Shown: piece by piece, positions 29,543 through 40,633 of the stretch
How positions within the stretch are numbered: the first letter of the stretch is position 1
How the letters are laid out: every line of letters begins with the position of its first letter
DNA from: Planctomycetota bacterium
GTDB lineage: Bacteria; Planctomycetota; UBA8108; SXIK01
DNA length: 64,000 nucleotides
Reading direction: 5' to 3'
Assembly (NCBI GenBank): GCA_965223265.1
Contig: OZ244999.1
Coordinates: 7,296,001-7,360,000 of the forward strand
Notes under the pieces: generated by a model
Databases searched by the model: none
Told to the model about the DNA's origin: nothing
The model's input: the letters and a program-made list of their open reading frames with translations, nothing else
Translations under genes and position numbers: made by a program

Positions 29543-31339
29543 CTAAGTGTCTTCCTTCGCCGACGTGTTGCGTCGACTACGGCGACGCGGGCGACGCCTG
29601 CGTGGGCGACTCGATCGGTCCGCCGCGCCTTCGGCGCCACCTTCAGTGGGCTTCGGCCGCTCCGCTGCGGCTCCGGAATCACCCCCAGAGGCAGCTCGAT
29701 CCGAGTCTGACTTCGTCTTTTTGCGTCCGCCGCGTCGACGACGAGGACGCCGCTTCTTCTCCCCTCGTTCGTCTTTCCCCTTCTGTCCCGAGCTTGAAGC
29801 TGGACGCGCGGCGGGAGTAGGAGTCGGCTTATCTGGAATGAGACTCTCGTCGATGTCGAAATAGTCAGTCTTAACGAAGTCGTCCTCGATCTCATCGAGT
29901 CGCAACAGCTTCGGTTTCTCTGTCACCGGGCGAGGACGCGACCACTGGCTGGCGGCAGCGGCACTCTCACTCTCCGACTCCGGTGCCGCCTCCTCGGGAT
30001 CACGCGGGCGCCGCCGCTCGTCCGGTGGCGGCGTTTCCGTGGCTGGCCGCGACGACGACGATCGCTTCCCGCCGCGTCCACCACGACGTCTCTTGGCGGC
30101 AGGCGACCGCCGGCTCGCTTCGCCACGTTCCGTCGATTCTCCAGCCTCGCCAGATCGAGATCTCGAACGACGGCGACGGTGGCGTGCGGGGCCGACCCGC
30201 TCGACCTCGTGCGCCATGCTCATGATCTTCTCCCAGCTCTGCATCTCCCGCGAGCCGACGAGAGAAATGGCCAAACCAGCGTTCCGCGCCCGCCCTGTCC
30301 GGCCGATCCGATGGACGTAGGAATCTTGGTCGTCCGGAATCTCATAGTTGATCACCATGCCGACCTTCTCGATGTCCAACCCCCGCGACGCGACATCAGT
30401 GCACACGAGCACGCGAACATCTTTGGAGCGAAATGAATCCAGTACTTTAAACCGTACATCTTGCTCCTGGTCGCCGTGGAGGGCACCGGCACTGTAGCCG
30501 TGGCCCCAGAGCATGCGGTCGAGATCGATCGTTTGACGTCGCGTGTTGCAAAAAATGATCGCTTGGCCATCCGGATGATCGTCGAGAACCTTGCACAGCT
30601 CCTTAAACTTGTCTCGCGAACTCGTCTCTATGTACTGCTGCACAATCTCACCGGCAGCCGTCGAGCCTTCGCTGGTCGAAAGCATGACAGGATCTCGCAT
30701 GTACTTCTTGAGGAGACCTTTAATCTCGTTCGGAATCGTCGCCGAAAAAAGCAAAGTTTGCCGCTCCGACGGCGTAGCTTGCAGGATCGACGAAACGTCG
30801 TCAATGAAACCCATGTCCAGCATGCGATCGGCTTCGTCGAGCACGACGAGCTCACACCACACGAGGGAAAGGAGCCGTTCACGCAGGAAGTCCAGTACAC
30901 GCCCAGGCGTGCCAACGACGACCTGTGAACCGCTGCGCAGCTTCATGAGCTGCTCACTGGCGTGAACGCCGCCGACGAGCAAGACAACGCCGAGCCCGCG
31001 TGACGCGCCCAAGGCCTCGACCACTTGAGCAACCTGCTGCGCTAATTCTCTTGTCGGTGTCAGGACGAGCGCCTGCGTCGCAACGCGCTGAGTGTCGATG
31101 CGGTCGACGAGCGGCGCAGCGAATCCCAAGGTCTTCCCGGTGCCCGTCTCGGCCTTACCGACGACGTCGCGCTTCTCGAGAATCGGGCCGATGCAGAGAT
31201 CTTGGATCGCGGTTGGCGAATGGATGCCCATATCGGCGATCGCCGTAAGAACATCCTCCGACAGTCCGAACTCCGAAAAAGTCTTCGGCCCCTGATCTAG
31301 TTCATCCATGTTTGAAGGGCTTCGCATCGCCTCACCCAC
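29543..31339 (-). CDS. DEAD-box RNA helicase with long R/S-rich C-terminal tail
   Basis: Q motif, AETGTGKT, PTRELA, GTPGR, DEAD, SAT, HRIGRTGR; start may be 31327 or 31309. Confidence 0.95.
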   Translation of the reverse strand: MGEAMRSPSNMDELDQGPKTFSEFGLSEDVLTAIADMGIHSPTAIQDLCIGPILEKRDVVGKAETGTGKTLGFAAPLVDRIDTQRVATQALVLTPTRELAQQVAQVVEALGASRGLGVVLLVGGVHASEQLMKLRSGSQVVVGTPGRVLDFLRERLLSLVWCELVVLDEADRMLDMGFIDDVSSILQATPSERQTLLFSATIPNEIKGLLKKYMRDPVMLSTSEGSTAAGEIVQQYIETSSRDKFKELCKVLDDHPDGQAIIFCNTRRQTIDLDRMLWGHGYSAGALHGDQEQDVRFKVLDSFRSKDVRVLVCTDVASRGLDIEKVGMVINYEIPDDQDSYVHRIGRTGRARNAGLAISLVGSREMQSWEKIMSMAHEVERVGPARHRRRRSRSRSGEAGESTERGEASRRSPAAKRRRGGRGGKRSSSSRPATETPPPDERRRPRDPEEAAPESESESAAAASQWSRPRPVTEKPKLLRLDEIEDDFVKTDYFDIDESLIPDKPTPTPAARPASSSGQKGKDERGEKKRRPRRRRGGRKKTKSDSDRAASGGDSGAAAERPKPTEGGAEGAADRSSRPRRRRPRRRSRRNTSAKEDT

Positions 31340-31502
31340 CCCGTTGACGAGGGCGGCGTCGAAGGCTTTGGCTCTACTTCGCCACCGTTCGGCTGGCGAA
31401 AGAGGGCTATTCTATCGGTGGAGTCGAGAAAAGAACAGCCACTCCAGCAGACGCCGGCGACCGACCTCACCGCCCCGGCAAACGGGCTCTTGCTTGGAGA
31501 CT

Positions 31503-33083
31503 TCAGTTTGTCGCATCCTCTTTTGGGACAACATCTTGAATCGCCTCTGAACGGCCAAAGAGAAGGTAGACGGCCGCCAAGGTTTGTCGCGCCTCGCGAT
31601 CAGCTTTCCCCGCATCTCGCACCAGCGCTTCAGCCAGAGGCACCGCCCGCGGATCTCGCAACCGCGCGTAAGCGCTGAGCAGGAGCTGGCGGGTGCGTCG
31701 ATGGCGGGGGAAGTAGGCAAGTGCCCGCTGGTAGTACGCCGACGCCTCCCTCAGTCGCTGTCGCGACGTCGCCGACGACTCCGGCGTCGACTTCACCAGT
31801 TCAGAAACCTCATGGGAATGCGCGCCCGGGTCGAGAGCGAGCGCTCGCGCCACGCTGTAGCGGAACGCGGCCGCCTCGAAGAGCGGCACGAGACTGATCA
31901 AGAAGGCGGTTGCAAGAAGCCTCGCCGTCCACGTCCAGCGACCGTCTCTGACGAGCGGTCTCCCCAGTGCCGTGAACTCCTGCCGCGATGACACAAGTCT
32001 GATGAGCGTGAACAACATGAAGCCGTGACCGAACGCAAGCGTGGCGGCAAGAAAGTGGCCGCCGTAGAGAAGGTCCACGAGAAGAAACGTTGTTACCGCG
32101 CTCGCAGCCACCACGAGCTCACCCCAAAGAGGCAAAGTATACTCGGGGGCGCGACTGGTCTCGGCACCATCCCTCTCTTCGGGGCTCCTCCTCGACGAAG
32201 GATTCCTAGCGCTGTACGCCAACGCGTTCTGCGGACACGCTTCGATGCAGAGGTGGCAACGGACACAGTCGAGGCTGCGAACAGCACCGAACTGCGTCGT
32301 CTCTCGATGCACGTCGATCGCCGTCGGACACGCTGCGGTGCACGGCGCCACGTCCACCGATCGAGTTCCAGACGCACCGAGAGGCGCGCCCCCGCAGACG
32401 TGGTTCAGCGGTCCGCCGTCACCGCCCGTAGCGTCGTTCGCAGCGCCGACGTCCGCCTCCACGGTACGAATGCCGCCGTTACTGCGACAACCAGCGACTC
32501 GGCGTACACGAAAAAGAGACGTCCACTCGGTGACACGAAACAATGCTCCGTACGGACACACGAAGCGACAGAAACCGCGGCTCCCTAAAAAGAGAAGGAT
32601 GCCCATGCCGCAGCACAGAAATGTGACGATCGATAGGACATATCCCGGCAAGGTGTCCCAAGGTGCGACGGCGGCAAGGTCCACTTTCAACGCCCACTCC
32701 CCACGCTGCCATCGCCGCAACTGAGGTAAGAGAAAGATCATGACGAGAATCGCCCACGGGGCCCAGTGCAGGAATCGAGTGCGCACGACCGGAGCCTTCC
32801 AGCCTAGCTTACGCAGAAGCCACGCGGCGAAGTCCTGCGTCGCGCCGAAATGGCATCCCCAACTGCAGAACAAGCGGCCGAACAGGAGCGCGGTAGCGTA
32901 GACGACCAAAGTCAGCAGAGCACCGGCGGTCACCAGCCCTTCGCCGAGGAAGTGCCGAAAAAACGATTGGAAGTCGAGAGCCCCGACCGACCGCCAATCA
33001 AGCACGTAATACGCCACCACGTGCGCGACGAGTGCGACGTGCAGCAGGATCTGAAAGACGACGCGAGCTTGCGATGTTTTCAT
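31503..33083 (-). CDS. membrane 4Fe-4S binding protein (NapH/MauN/CcoG-like) with C-terminal TPR-like region
   Basis: GRLFCSWGCHFG, FCRFVCPYG, CTAACP, CVRCHLCIEACP; multiple TM helices. Confidence 0.82.
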   Translation of the reverse strand: MKTSQARVVFQILLHVALVAHVVAYYVLDWRSVGALDFQSFFRHFLGEGLVTAGALLTLVVYATALLFGRLFCSWGCHFGATQDFAAWLLRKLGWKAPVVRTRFLHWAPWAILVMIFLLPQLRRWQRGEWALKVDLAAVAPWDTLPGYVLSIVTFLCCGMGILLFLGSRGFCRFVCPYGALFRVTEWTSLFRVRRVAGCRSNGGIRTVEADVGAANDATGGDGGPLNHVCGGAPLGASGTRSVDVAPCTAACPTAIDVHRETTQFGAVRSLDCVRCHLCIEACPQNALAYSARNPSSRRSPEERDGAETSRAPEYTLPLWGELVVAASAVTTFLLVDLLYGGHFLAATLAFGHGFMLFTLIRLVSSRQEFTALGRPLVRDGRWTWTARLLATAFLISLVPLFEAAAFRYSVARALALDPGAHSHEVSELVKSTPESSATSRQRLREASAYYQRALAYFPRHRRTRQLLLSAYARLRDPRAVPLAEALVRDAGKADREARQTLAAVYLLFGRSEAIQDVVPKEDATN

Positions 33084-33584
33084 AGGACGACGTGTCGGCG
33101 GGGCGAGACTCGCGGCGCCTCGACGCGCCGGTGCCGCGTCGCAAGAGAGAAGCCCGCGGCTCGATTCGCTCCTTCACATCATTCGGCAGCGCGGCGCGCG
33201 ATCCTGTCGATCCTGCTTCGAATCGTTACATGAGCGCGCCAAGCCACAGGCAACGTTGTCACGAACGAACGCCTCTGCCGCGAGACACGATTCGCTAGGT
33301 ACGGCCGCGCGCCCCGCACTGCACAGTGCTGAGCCTGGTGCCTCCGTCCAGTGTCGCACACAGCTGCGAGAGAGACTACTGCAAGCTTGTCGACCCTCTG
33401 CCCGATAACCTCTGCGGGGCCGGCCTCGTGCATCTGCGCGGCGTTTACGGCGGCACTCAGGACCTGGCCCTGGTGTCTTTCTTTTGGTCTAGAGAAACAT
33501 CAAAATGGCGCAGCTGACGCCATCTCGTCACGTCGGTTGCGTTCCGTCGATCCACGTCTGCGTTTCCACTCTCTGGAGGGCGTC

Positions 33585-33974
33585 ATGAAGAGCGAAGACC
33601 CACGGGAAACCCTCGCCACGCGTCGACTCGTCATGTACTCGGATCTGAACGCCGCAGGGCGCCTCTTTGGTGGCCGCTTGATGGAATGGCTCGACGAGGC
33701 CACAGCCATGGTCGCCATGCGGATCATGCAAAGCCGCAGCATCGTCACGAAAAAGTTCGGCGAGGTCACGTTTGACGCCCCAGGGATGCTCGGCGATGAA
33801 GTAGAAATCTGGTGCCGAATCGCGAAAGAAGGTCGTACGTCCCTGACACTGGACTGTGAAGTGCGCGTGCGGTCGGTAACAGGTGACAAGACGCGTAGAA
33901 TCTGCACCTCGACGGTGGTGTACGTCGCTCTCGACGGCGATGGGCGCCCGACACCGTGGAAGGTCACGCGGTAA
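33585..33974 (+). CDS. hotdog-fold acyl-CoA thioesterase (YciA-like)
   Basis: DLNAAGRLFGGRLMEWLDE, EGRTSL, YVALDGDGRP; GGAGG RBS upstream. Confidence 0.9.
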   Translation: MKSEDPRETLATRRLVMYSDLNAAGRLFGGRLMEWLDEATAMVAMRIMQSRSIVTKKFGEVTFDAPGMLGDEVEIWCRIAKEGRTSLTLDCEVRVRSVTGDKTRRICTSTVVYVALDGDGRPTPWKVTR

Positions 33975-33996
33975 TGGAGGTTGACGGAGCGACGGC

Positions 33997-35556
33997 TCAG
34001 TGACGGAAGTGGCGCCTGCCGGTGACCACCATCGCAATGTTGCGCTCGTTCGCCGCGGCAATGACCTCCGCGTCGCGGACACTCCCACCCGGCTGCACGA
34101 CGGCCGTGGCTCCCGCGTCAGCGGCGGCGATGAGTCCGTCGGCGAACGGAAAAAACGCGTCAGACGCCACGGCCGCGCCACGAAGGTCGATGCCCGCCTG
34201 TGCCGCCTTCATCTCAGCAACCCGCACGGAATCGACGCGAGACATTTGACCCGCACCGACTGCGAGCGTGCGGTCATTCGAGGCGAAGAGAATAGCGTTC
34301 GACTTCACCGCCCGCACCACGCGCCAACCAAAGCGGAGCGCGTCCAACTCTGCAGGCGTCGGTTGGCGCTCGGTGACAACGTCAAACGGTTCGTGCGCCA
34401 GCGAGCCAACGTCGGATGTTTGCGCGAGGACGCCACCCGGTACAGCCCGAAGCTGCACCGACTCGTTAGCAAACAAACGCCGCGGGCAGCGCAGTAGAAT
34501 TCGGTTCTTCTTGTTTCGCAGCAGCTCGAGTGCTTCAGCGGAAAAGTCCGGGGCCACAAGAATCTCGATAAAGTGACCCCGCATCGCGGCCGCCGCTTCC
34601 GCATCGATCGCTTGGCTGCTGACGACGACTCCGCCGCTGGCCGAAACAGCGTCTGTCGCCAGGGCTTTGTCCCACGCCTCCTTAACGCTGCTCCCGATCG
34701 CCGCGCCGCACGGGTTCGAGTGTTTGACGATGACCACAGCGCAGCCGAGCTCGCCAAGGTTTTCGGCAAGCTCCTTCGTCCCCATCAGATCGAGAATATT
34801 ATTGTACGAGATCTCCTTGCCGTGCAGCTGCTCGAACGGTTCCAAAACGGCGCCGTACAATGCGGCACGCTGATGAGGATTCTCTCCGTAGCGCAGACTT
34901 CGCTCGCGACAGAGCTGCAGCTCCAGAGATGACGGTAGCTCGAGCTCGGCGGGTGATTCAGCCTGGCCGGCAAGGTATCGAGCGATTGCGGAATCGTAGG
35001 CAGCAGTACGTCGAAACGCCTTGAGCGCCATACGCTGGCGAAACTCGAGTTCAGTCGCGCCGGCGTTGGCTTGCATCTGAGAAACCACCTCGCCATAGTC
35101 CCCCGGCGAGACGATCACAGTCACATGGGCATGGTTTTTCGCCGCACTTCGCGTCATACCAGGACCACCGATGTCGATTTGCTCGATCGCCTCAGCTCGC
35201 GTCACCCCTGGCTTCGCCACGGTGGCTTCAAACGGATAGAGATTGACGACGACGAGATCAATCGATTCGAACCCTTCGCGCTCCACGGTATCCGCATGTG
35301 ACTTCTCGTCTCGCCGCCACAAAAGACCAGCGTGGACGCGGTGGTGAAGCGTCTTGATGCGCCCGTCGAGCATCTCCGCAAGTCCCGTGAAATCTTCGAT
35401 AGGGCGGACCGAAATGCCTGCTTCTTCAAGCGCCTTGGCAGTGCCACCGGTCGAAATGATTTCAACGTCGAACTCTCTGAGCTGCGCGACGAAGTCTACG
35501 AGGCCAGACTTGTCGGAAACACTGACGAGCGCACGACGAATGGGATTCTGCGTCAT
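33997..35556 (-). CDS. purH: bifunctional AICAR transformylase / IMP cyclohydrolase
   Basis: [65 protein letters not shown]. Confidence 0.97.
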   Translation of the reverse strand: MTQNPIRRALVSVSDKSGLVDFVAQLREFDVEIISTGGTAKALEEAGISVRPIEDFTGLAEMLDGRIKTLHHRVHAGLLWRRDEKSHADTVEREGFESIDLVVVNLYPFEATVAKPGVTRAEAIEQIDIGGPGMTRSAAKNHAHVTVIVSPGDYGEVVSQMQANAGATELEFRQRMALKAFRRTAAYDSAIARYLAGQAESPAELELPSSLELQLCRERSLRYGENPHQRAALYGAVLEPFEQLHGKEISYNNILDLMGTKELAENLGELGCAVVIVKHSNPCGAAIGSSVKEAWDKALATDAVSASGGVVVSSQAIDAEAAAAMRGHFIEILVAPDFSAEALELLRNKKNRILLRCPRRLFANESVQLRAVPGGVLAQTSDVGSLAHEPFDVVTERQPTPAELDALRFGWRVVRAVKSNAILFASNDRTLAVGAGQMSRVDSVRVAEMKAAQAGIDLRGAAVASDAFFPFADGLIAAADAGATAVVQPGGSVRDAEVIAAANERNIAMVVTGRRHFRH

Positions 35557-35925
35557 ATGTTCTTGTTCCTCAAAAGCGGTCGGGAAAGACGCCATCAATC
35601 TTACTGCTGTGTCGCTGACAAGAAAAAACTTTCGCCGACAGCGAAACACGGCAGGCCGTGGTCCACGTTGCGCTGCTTGACTGAGTTCCTGAGTCACAGA
35701 GCCGCCGCAGCAGGGAAGCGCAGCAGGAGCCGAGGCGTCACCCGCCGGCCGATAATCGGCCGACGAGTCGAAAAAGCGCCCCACCAACACGATTCGTGCA
35801 AAGGCGATAGTTCCATCGGTCGATGCAGAAAAGAGCAGCGTTTGGCGATGCCGGGGTCGACATCTGCGATCTCGTAGCGACTCTCGTCGCCGAAACGGTT
35901 TTCTGCAGCATAGGATCACGACGCG

Positions 35926-36978
35926 ATGACCGAGCCGGAAGCCTCGAAGACAAGCCTCGAAAGCCGATTGGGGGTCTTCCTCCTGAAGGACCCCACGATG
36001 ATCGAGCGCCTCCCGTCCACCCTGGCTAAGCTGCTGGACAAGCTCGTCGAGGCGAACTCATTGGAGCCCGTTCTCTACCACCTCGTTGAGGAAAACGACG
36101 CGTTGTCGACGATCTCCGCTGACCGACTCTCGAGATGGAAGATGTCGCGGCTGTGCTCCAGCGCCCGAGCTTCAAGCTATCGAGCCACGTTCGACGAGCT
36201 CATCGAACGATTCACCGAAGCCAACGTTCCAGTGCGGCTCTTGCGGAGCACGCAAGTCGCCTTCTACCTGTGCGAAGATCCGGAACTTCACCCGATCGCA
36301 GAACTCGAGCTTCAAGTGCCACTCGATCGTAGCGTGGCAGCGTACAAGCTACTCAAGTCTCACGGTTTCAACGAGCTCGACGATTTGGCGGAGATCGCGG
36401 AGAGCGTTTCTCACCACCTACCACGTCTCGAGCGCGACGGTGTGACGGTCACACTCTTCAAGCGTTCCTGCCTCGGCCTGGGGGTTGACCCGGATGACCC
36501 GTTTCCCATGTTGCGTCCCGTGGCGCAGAACAACCCCGAAGTGCTACGCGGCGAGCCGCTCATGACACTACTGGTCCTGGAGATTTTCGAGCAATGCTTC
36601 CGACGCGCGTTAGCTACCTTGCTTGACCTACACCGCGTCCTGCATCAACTCAAAATCGACTGGGCCGTCGTCTCCGAAATCGTTGCCCGGCTCGGCGCGG
36701 AGCGCCACTTCTTCTGTATCTGCCGTCTTCTCCAAGAACTGTTCGATTCCCCAGTCGACGCAGAGTTCCTGCAGAAGCTTGAGGCCCACGACAGTGTCAC
36801 CCAGGAATTCGCATCAGAGGCATTGCCTCTGGCCCGCCGGCTTGTCGTCACCGCGCCGATTCCGCTCGACGAGCTGCGCCAGGTCCAAGGTTACTTCGCC
36901 GCTGAAGAAGTACACGACGCCGAACTCGCGCGGGAGACTCAGGTGCTGCCGCGCCTGAACGTCCAGCCACGCCCGTGA
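35926..36978 (+). CDS. NTP_transf_5-like nucleotidyltransferase-fold protein, degenerate active site
   Basis: LIERFTEANVPVRLLRS...YLCEDPELHPIAELELQV resembles LKG...Y.DP.LRPM.DIDLLV; later LLDL...IDW motif. Confidence 0.6.
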   Translation: MTEPEASKTSLESRLGVFLLKDPTMIERLPSTLAKLLDKLVEANSLEPVLYHLVEENDALSTISADRLSRWKMSRLCSSARASSYRATFDELIERFTEANVPVRLLRSTQVAFYLCEDPELHPIAELELQVPLDRSVAAYKLLKSHGFNELDDLAEIAESVSHHLPRLERDGVTVTLFKRSCLGLGVDPDDPFPMLRPVAQNNPEVLRGEPLMTLLVLEIFEQCFRRALATLLDLHRVLHQLKIDWAVVSEIVARLGAERHFFCICRLLQELFDSPVDAEFLQKLEAHDSVTQEFASEALPLARRLVVTAPIPLDELRQVQGYFAAEEVHDAELARETQVLPRLNVQPRP

Positions 36979-37141
36979 GTCGCAGCTCAGATTCTGTCGC
37001 CAGATCTCGCATCGGCACCGCCAGGCGCGATGGTTTACATCGGCCGCTAAACCGCTAAGCTGTCGAGCGGGACGCTGGAGTCGGGCGAGCGCTAGACACC
37101 AGCGAGCATCGTTTCGGTCCGCGCGGATCGCGGGAGTCGCC

Positions 37142-38233
37142 ATGAAGAACCCAATTTCCACGTCGCCCCTCGGCGCCGTTGTTGTCACTGCTGCAGCGAT
37201 GGCTTCGGTATTCTACGCCTGGCCTGCATCCGGCTCAGCCGTAGACCGATCGGAATCGAGGCATACTCCGTCACGCGTCGTGCCGCCCGCGCTACAGCCC
37301 GGCGACACCATCGCCTTGGTAGCTCCCGCAAGTTCAGTGGACACTGCGACGTTTAAAAATGCGGCAACCATCCTTCGGGACCTCGGCTTCCGGGTCGTCT
37401 ACTACCCCGCCGCCACGCGCCGCGGCTATCTCGCCGCCGACGATTCGACGCGCGCGGGTGAGTTGAACGCGTTCATTCGCAGCCCAGACGTCAAGGCGAT
37501 CATCTGCATGCGAGGCGGCTATGGCACACCTCGAATCCTCGACAAGGTCGACTACAACACTCTCAGGTCTAACCCCAAGATTCTCGTCGGCTATAGCGAC
37601 ATCACCGCACTTCTCCTCGCCGCCGAACGCCACGCAGGTCTCGTCGTCTTCCACGGCCCGATCGGGGCGGATCTTGTGAGTGGGGCGAAGAAAGGATTCT
37701 CTCCCTTCACCGCGGACCACTTATGGCCGGCGCTGGGCGGTGACACGTCTCGGTTTTCCCGCTGGGGACGGCAACCCGGCGAGAGATTTCGCGCACTGGT
37801 ATCCGGCGAAGCCAGCGGCCGACTCACCGGAGGCAACCTCAGCTTGGTGTGCGCGACACTCGGCACTCCGTATGAGATCGACACTCGCGACGCGATTCTG
37901 TTCCTCGAAGACGTCAACGAAAAGGCGTTTCGCATTGACCGTATGCTCGCACAGCTGCGGCTCTCCGGAAAACTGAAGACGATTCGTGGCGTCGTGCTCG
38001 GCAGTTTTCTCAACTGCGGCAAGGAACGGGACGCGATTCCTCTCGATACAATCTTTCACGACTATTTCGAATCGCTTGGTGTGCCCGTGTTGGCAGGCTT
38101 CCCGGCCGGTCACGGCTTACGCGATCATGCCATGTTGCCACTAGGTGCAAGGGTCCGACTTGATGCGACGGCCGGCACTCTCTCGATCTTGGAAAACATA
38201 GTTGATCCGGTCCTTCCGTCCAGCGGCGAATGA
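37142..38233 (+). CDS. LD-carboxypeptidase (peptidase S66)
   Basis: PGDTIALVAPAS, RGGYG, GYSDIT (Ser), GGNL, LEDVNE (Glu), AGH (His); N-terminal signal-like segment. Confidence 0.93.
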   Translation: MKNPISTSPLGAVVVTAAAMASVFYAWPASGSAVDRSESRHTPSRVVPPALQPGDTIALVAPASSVDTATFKNAATILRDLGFRVVYYPAATRRGYLAADDSTRAGELNAFIRSPDVKAIICMRGGYGTPRILDKVDYNTLRSNPKILVGYSDITALLLAAERHAGLVVFHGPIGADLVSGAKKGFSPFTADHLWPALGGDTSRFSRWGRQPGERFRALVSGEASGRLTGGNLSLVCATLGTPYEIDTRDAILFLEDVNEKAFRIDRMLAQLRLSGKLKTIRGVVLGSFLNCGKERDAIPLDTIFHDYFESLGVPVLAGFPAGHGLRDHAMLPLGARVRLDATAGTLSILENIVDPVLPSSGE

Positions 38234-38290
38234 GCCTGGAATCAAGCGAGAGGACCGCCGCCGCGAAATGGCTGAACTCGAGCGGAGATT

Positions 38291-40297
38291 ATGACACCCG
38301 GACGCGGCACCCAGCCAACCTCCTCCCCGCCGGGAAAACGTTGGCCTGCAGCAGGAGTGATCCTCATCGCGCTTGCCGCTTACGCGAACACACTCCCAGG
38401 CGACTTCGTCTTCGACGACCAAGAGTTGATCGAAAAAGACGCGGGGCTCCGCGATTTCGATCTCCGACGCATCTTCCTATCGGACTATTGGGGTCCGCGG
38501 CGGGCAAGCAATGTCTATCGCCCGGTCGTGCTCTTGACCTACGCACTCAATTTTCGCTGCGGCGACGCGGCGTGGGGCTTCCATCTCGTCAACGTTCTTC
38601 TCAACGCCGCAGTGGCGCTGCTGAGCTACTGGGTTCTGGTACAACTGGTCGGCGATCAACTGGTGGCGTTTCTCTGCGCTTCGCTCTATGCCTTGCTGCC
38701 GATCCACGTCGAGGCCGTCGCCAACATCGTGGGACGTGCTGAACTGCTGGCGGCAGCAGCGACTTTCGCGGCATGGTTGATCGTGCTCAAGGATCCATCG
38801 CCGACGGGAGCGCGCGCCTGGCGACAGACAGTCGGTGTCGGCATGCTGACGTTCGTCGGTATGCTCGCCAAAGAAAACAGCGTCGTCATCCTGCCTCTGC
38901 TACTCGTCACCGCCGCGATTCGCCGCCAAACGCTCCCGTGGGGGGCATTCCTCGGCGCGGCGATCGCGATCGGTGCCAACCTGCTCGTTCGGCGCGTTGG
39001 GGTTGACGCGACGGACCTTGGCGCGTCGCTCATCGACAACCCGCTGGCGCACGTTGAACCCTTGACGCGCGGCGTCAACGCGCTGGGGCTTCTTGGCGTC
39101 TACGCCTTCAAGACAGTCGCCCCTTTTCACCTCTCGGCAGATTATTCCTACAACCAAATCCCGGTCAAGCCACTCGGCAGTGCACTGACTTGGTTCAGCG
39201 CCGGGACGGTCGTACTCGGCGCAGGGGCGACCATAACGCTAGCGTGGCGCCGCCTGCCGTTGCTAGCACTCGCTACGACTTTCTTTTTGATCGCCTTTCT
39301 TCCGACTTCGAACGTCCTCTTTCCGATCGGCACAATTTTCGCGGAACGCTTAGCGTTTCTGCCGTCGTTCGCGTATCCACTTCTTCTCGCCGCCGTCACA
39401 ACCAAGTTCCTGGAGCGCCAACCGACGAGAAGGCGCCCTATAGTCTGCACGGTCCTAGCGCTCCTCTGTTTGCTGTACGGGGGACGCTCGATCGTGCGCA
39501 ACGAGGACTGGAGCACGCGCCAAACGCTCAAAGCGCGGATCGCACTCGATGCTCCCAACAGCACCCGAAGCCACTCGATCGCCGCTGAGGCTCACATGCT
39601 GAAGGCGGAAGAGCATCGACTGAGCTCTGGCCCTGAGAGCCAGCAAGCGCAGGCTGCTTTTGCGCTCGCCACGCAAAAGCTCAAGCGTGCCCTCGAGATC
39701 TATCCAAACAATACGCGCTCGCTCGCGAAGCTAGGCCAGCTGCACCTTGACTTCGGCCACCCCGACGAGGCGCTCAAATACTTAAACTCAAGCCACGACG
39801 CGATGCGGAAGACCAAAACACCGGTACCGGAGGCACTCATCTTCCGCGCTCAAGCGCTCGTCATGCTTGGTCGGCCTGAGGAAGCGCAGAACGACCTTAC
39901 AGAGTATTTCGCCTACACGCGGCGCACGTCGTACCCGGTTCACTTCACCGCCCACCAGTTCCTCGGGATGGCCCTCGCCGCGCAGGGACGGCTCGAGGCG
40001 GCGCTGCGGGAATTCACCGCGGCGGTTGATCTGCGACCTGACCTGCCAGAAATTTGGCGCAATCGCGGCTACTGCCGTTCACTTTTGGGGCAGTTCGACG
40101 CAGCGATCACAGACTACCAAGTTGGTGCGGACGTCTGCCGTCGACTCGGAGTGTTCTACGCGCCGCCGCCACGAGAAAGTGTCTGGCTTTTCTATCGGTT
40201 GATCGCCAACGCCCATCGAGAAACTGGCAACGAAGGAGCGGCGCAAAAGTTCGAGGCGGAAGCGGCGCAGATGCAGTCAGCCCACACTGCGAGGTAG
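38291..40297 (+). CDS. TMTC-like (DUF1736) GT-C membrane protein with TPRs, putative protein O-mannosyltransferase
   Basis: FVFDD, YRP, HVEAVANIVGRAELL, AKE, LSADYS, FAERLAFLPS, RNEDW; C-terminal TPRs. Confidence 0.85.
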   Translation: MTPGRGTQPTSSPPGKRWPAAGVILIALAAYANTLPGDFVFDDQELIEKDAGLRDFDLRRIFLSDYWGPRRASNVYRPVVLLTYALNFRCGDAAWGFHLVNVLLNAAVALLSYWVLVQLVGDQLVAFLCASLYALLPIHVEAVANIVGRAELLAAAATFAAWLIVLKDPSPTGARAWRQTVGVGMLTFVGMLAKENSVVILPLLLVTAAIRRQTLPWGAFLGAAIAIGANLLVRRVGVDATDLGASLIDNPLAHVEPLTRGVNALGLLGVYAFKTVAPFHLSADYSYNQIPVKPLGSALTWFSAGTVVLGAGATITLAWRRLPLLALATTFFLIAFLPTSNVLFPIGTIFAERLAFLPSFAYPLLLAAVTTKFLERQPTRRRPIVCTVLALLCLLYGGRSIVRNEDWSTRQTLKARIALDAPNSTRSHSIAAEAHMLKAEEHRLSSGPESQQAQAAFALATQKLKRALEIYPNNTRSLAKLGQLHLDFGHPDEALKYLNSSHDAMRKTKTPVPEALIFRAQALVMLGRPEEAQNDLTEYFAYTRRTSYPVHFTAHQFLGMALAAQGRLEAALREFTAAVDLRPDLPEIWRNRGYCRSLLGQFDAAITDYQVGADVCRRLGVFYAPPPRESVWLFYRLIANAHRETGNEGAAQKFEAEAAQMQSAHTAR

Positions 40298-40370
40298 GCA
40301 GCGCAAAGATCGGCTCCGGAGATCCAGTCGGCCTCGGAGATGAATACGACGACACTACCCATCGGCGCGG

Positions 40371-40633
40371 GTTACCTCGAGTTTGGCCATTTCGCGCCGG
40401 CCTGGCCGGACGAGTTTCGCGGGGGTTCCGAGGCCCTTTCGACTTTTTCGTACCCTGAGAACCCTTGTGCCCATTCAAAATCTCCTGTCCGGCCCTTCGG
40501 GGAACGCCAGGAGCGCCGATGCCTGCGCCCGTCCTCCGCCACGACCCGAGCGGGATCGCGCCCGAGTCGCTCCTTGGCCTCGACGCTCCTGGCGCTGGCA
40601 GGCTCGACGCGAAATGGCCAAACTCGAGGTAAC
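40371..40633. mobile_element. MITE-like element, family B (263 bp, perfect 26-bp terminal IRs)
   Basis: GTTACCTCGAGTTTGGCCATTTCGCG (40371-40396) and its exact reverse complement (40608-40633); non-coding interior; 14-bp end remnant at 8297-8310. Confidence 0.75.

Noticed and set aside
33084-33584. Small gene or ncRNA in the 500-bp divergent intergenic region
   Set aside because: Candidate ORFs lack an RBS or recognisable motifs; no tRNA or riboswitch consensus seen.
35557-35925. ZTP (pfl) riboswitch upstream of purH
   Set aside because: The conserved GACTGGCG and CGCCTGGGC elements are not found on the minus strand.
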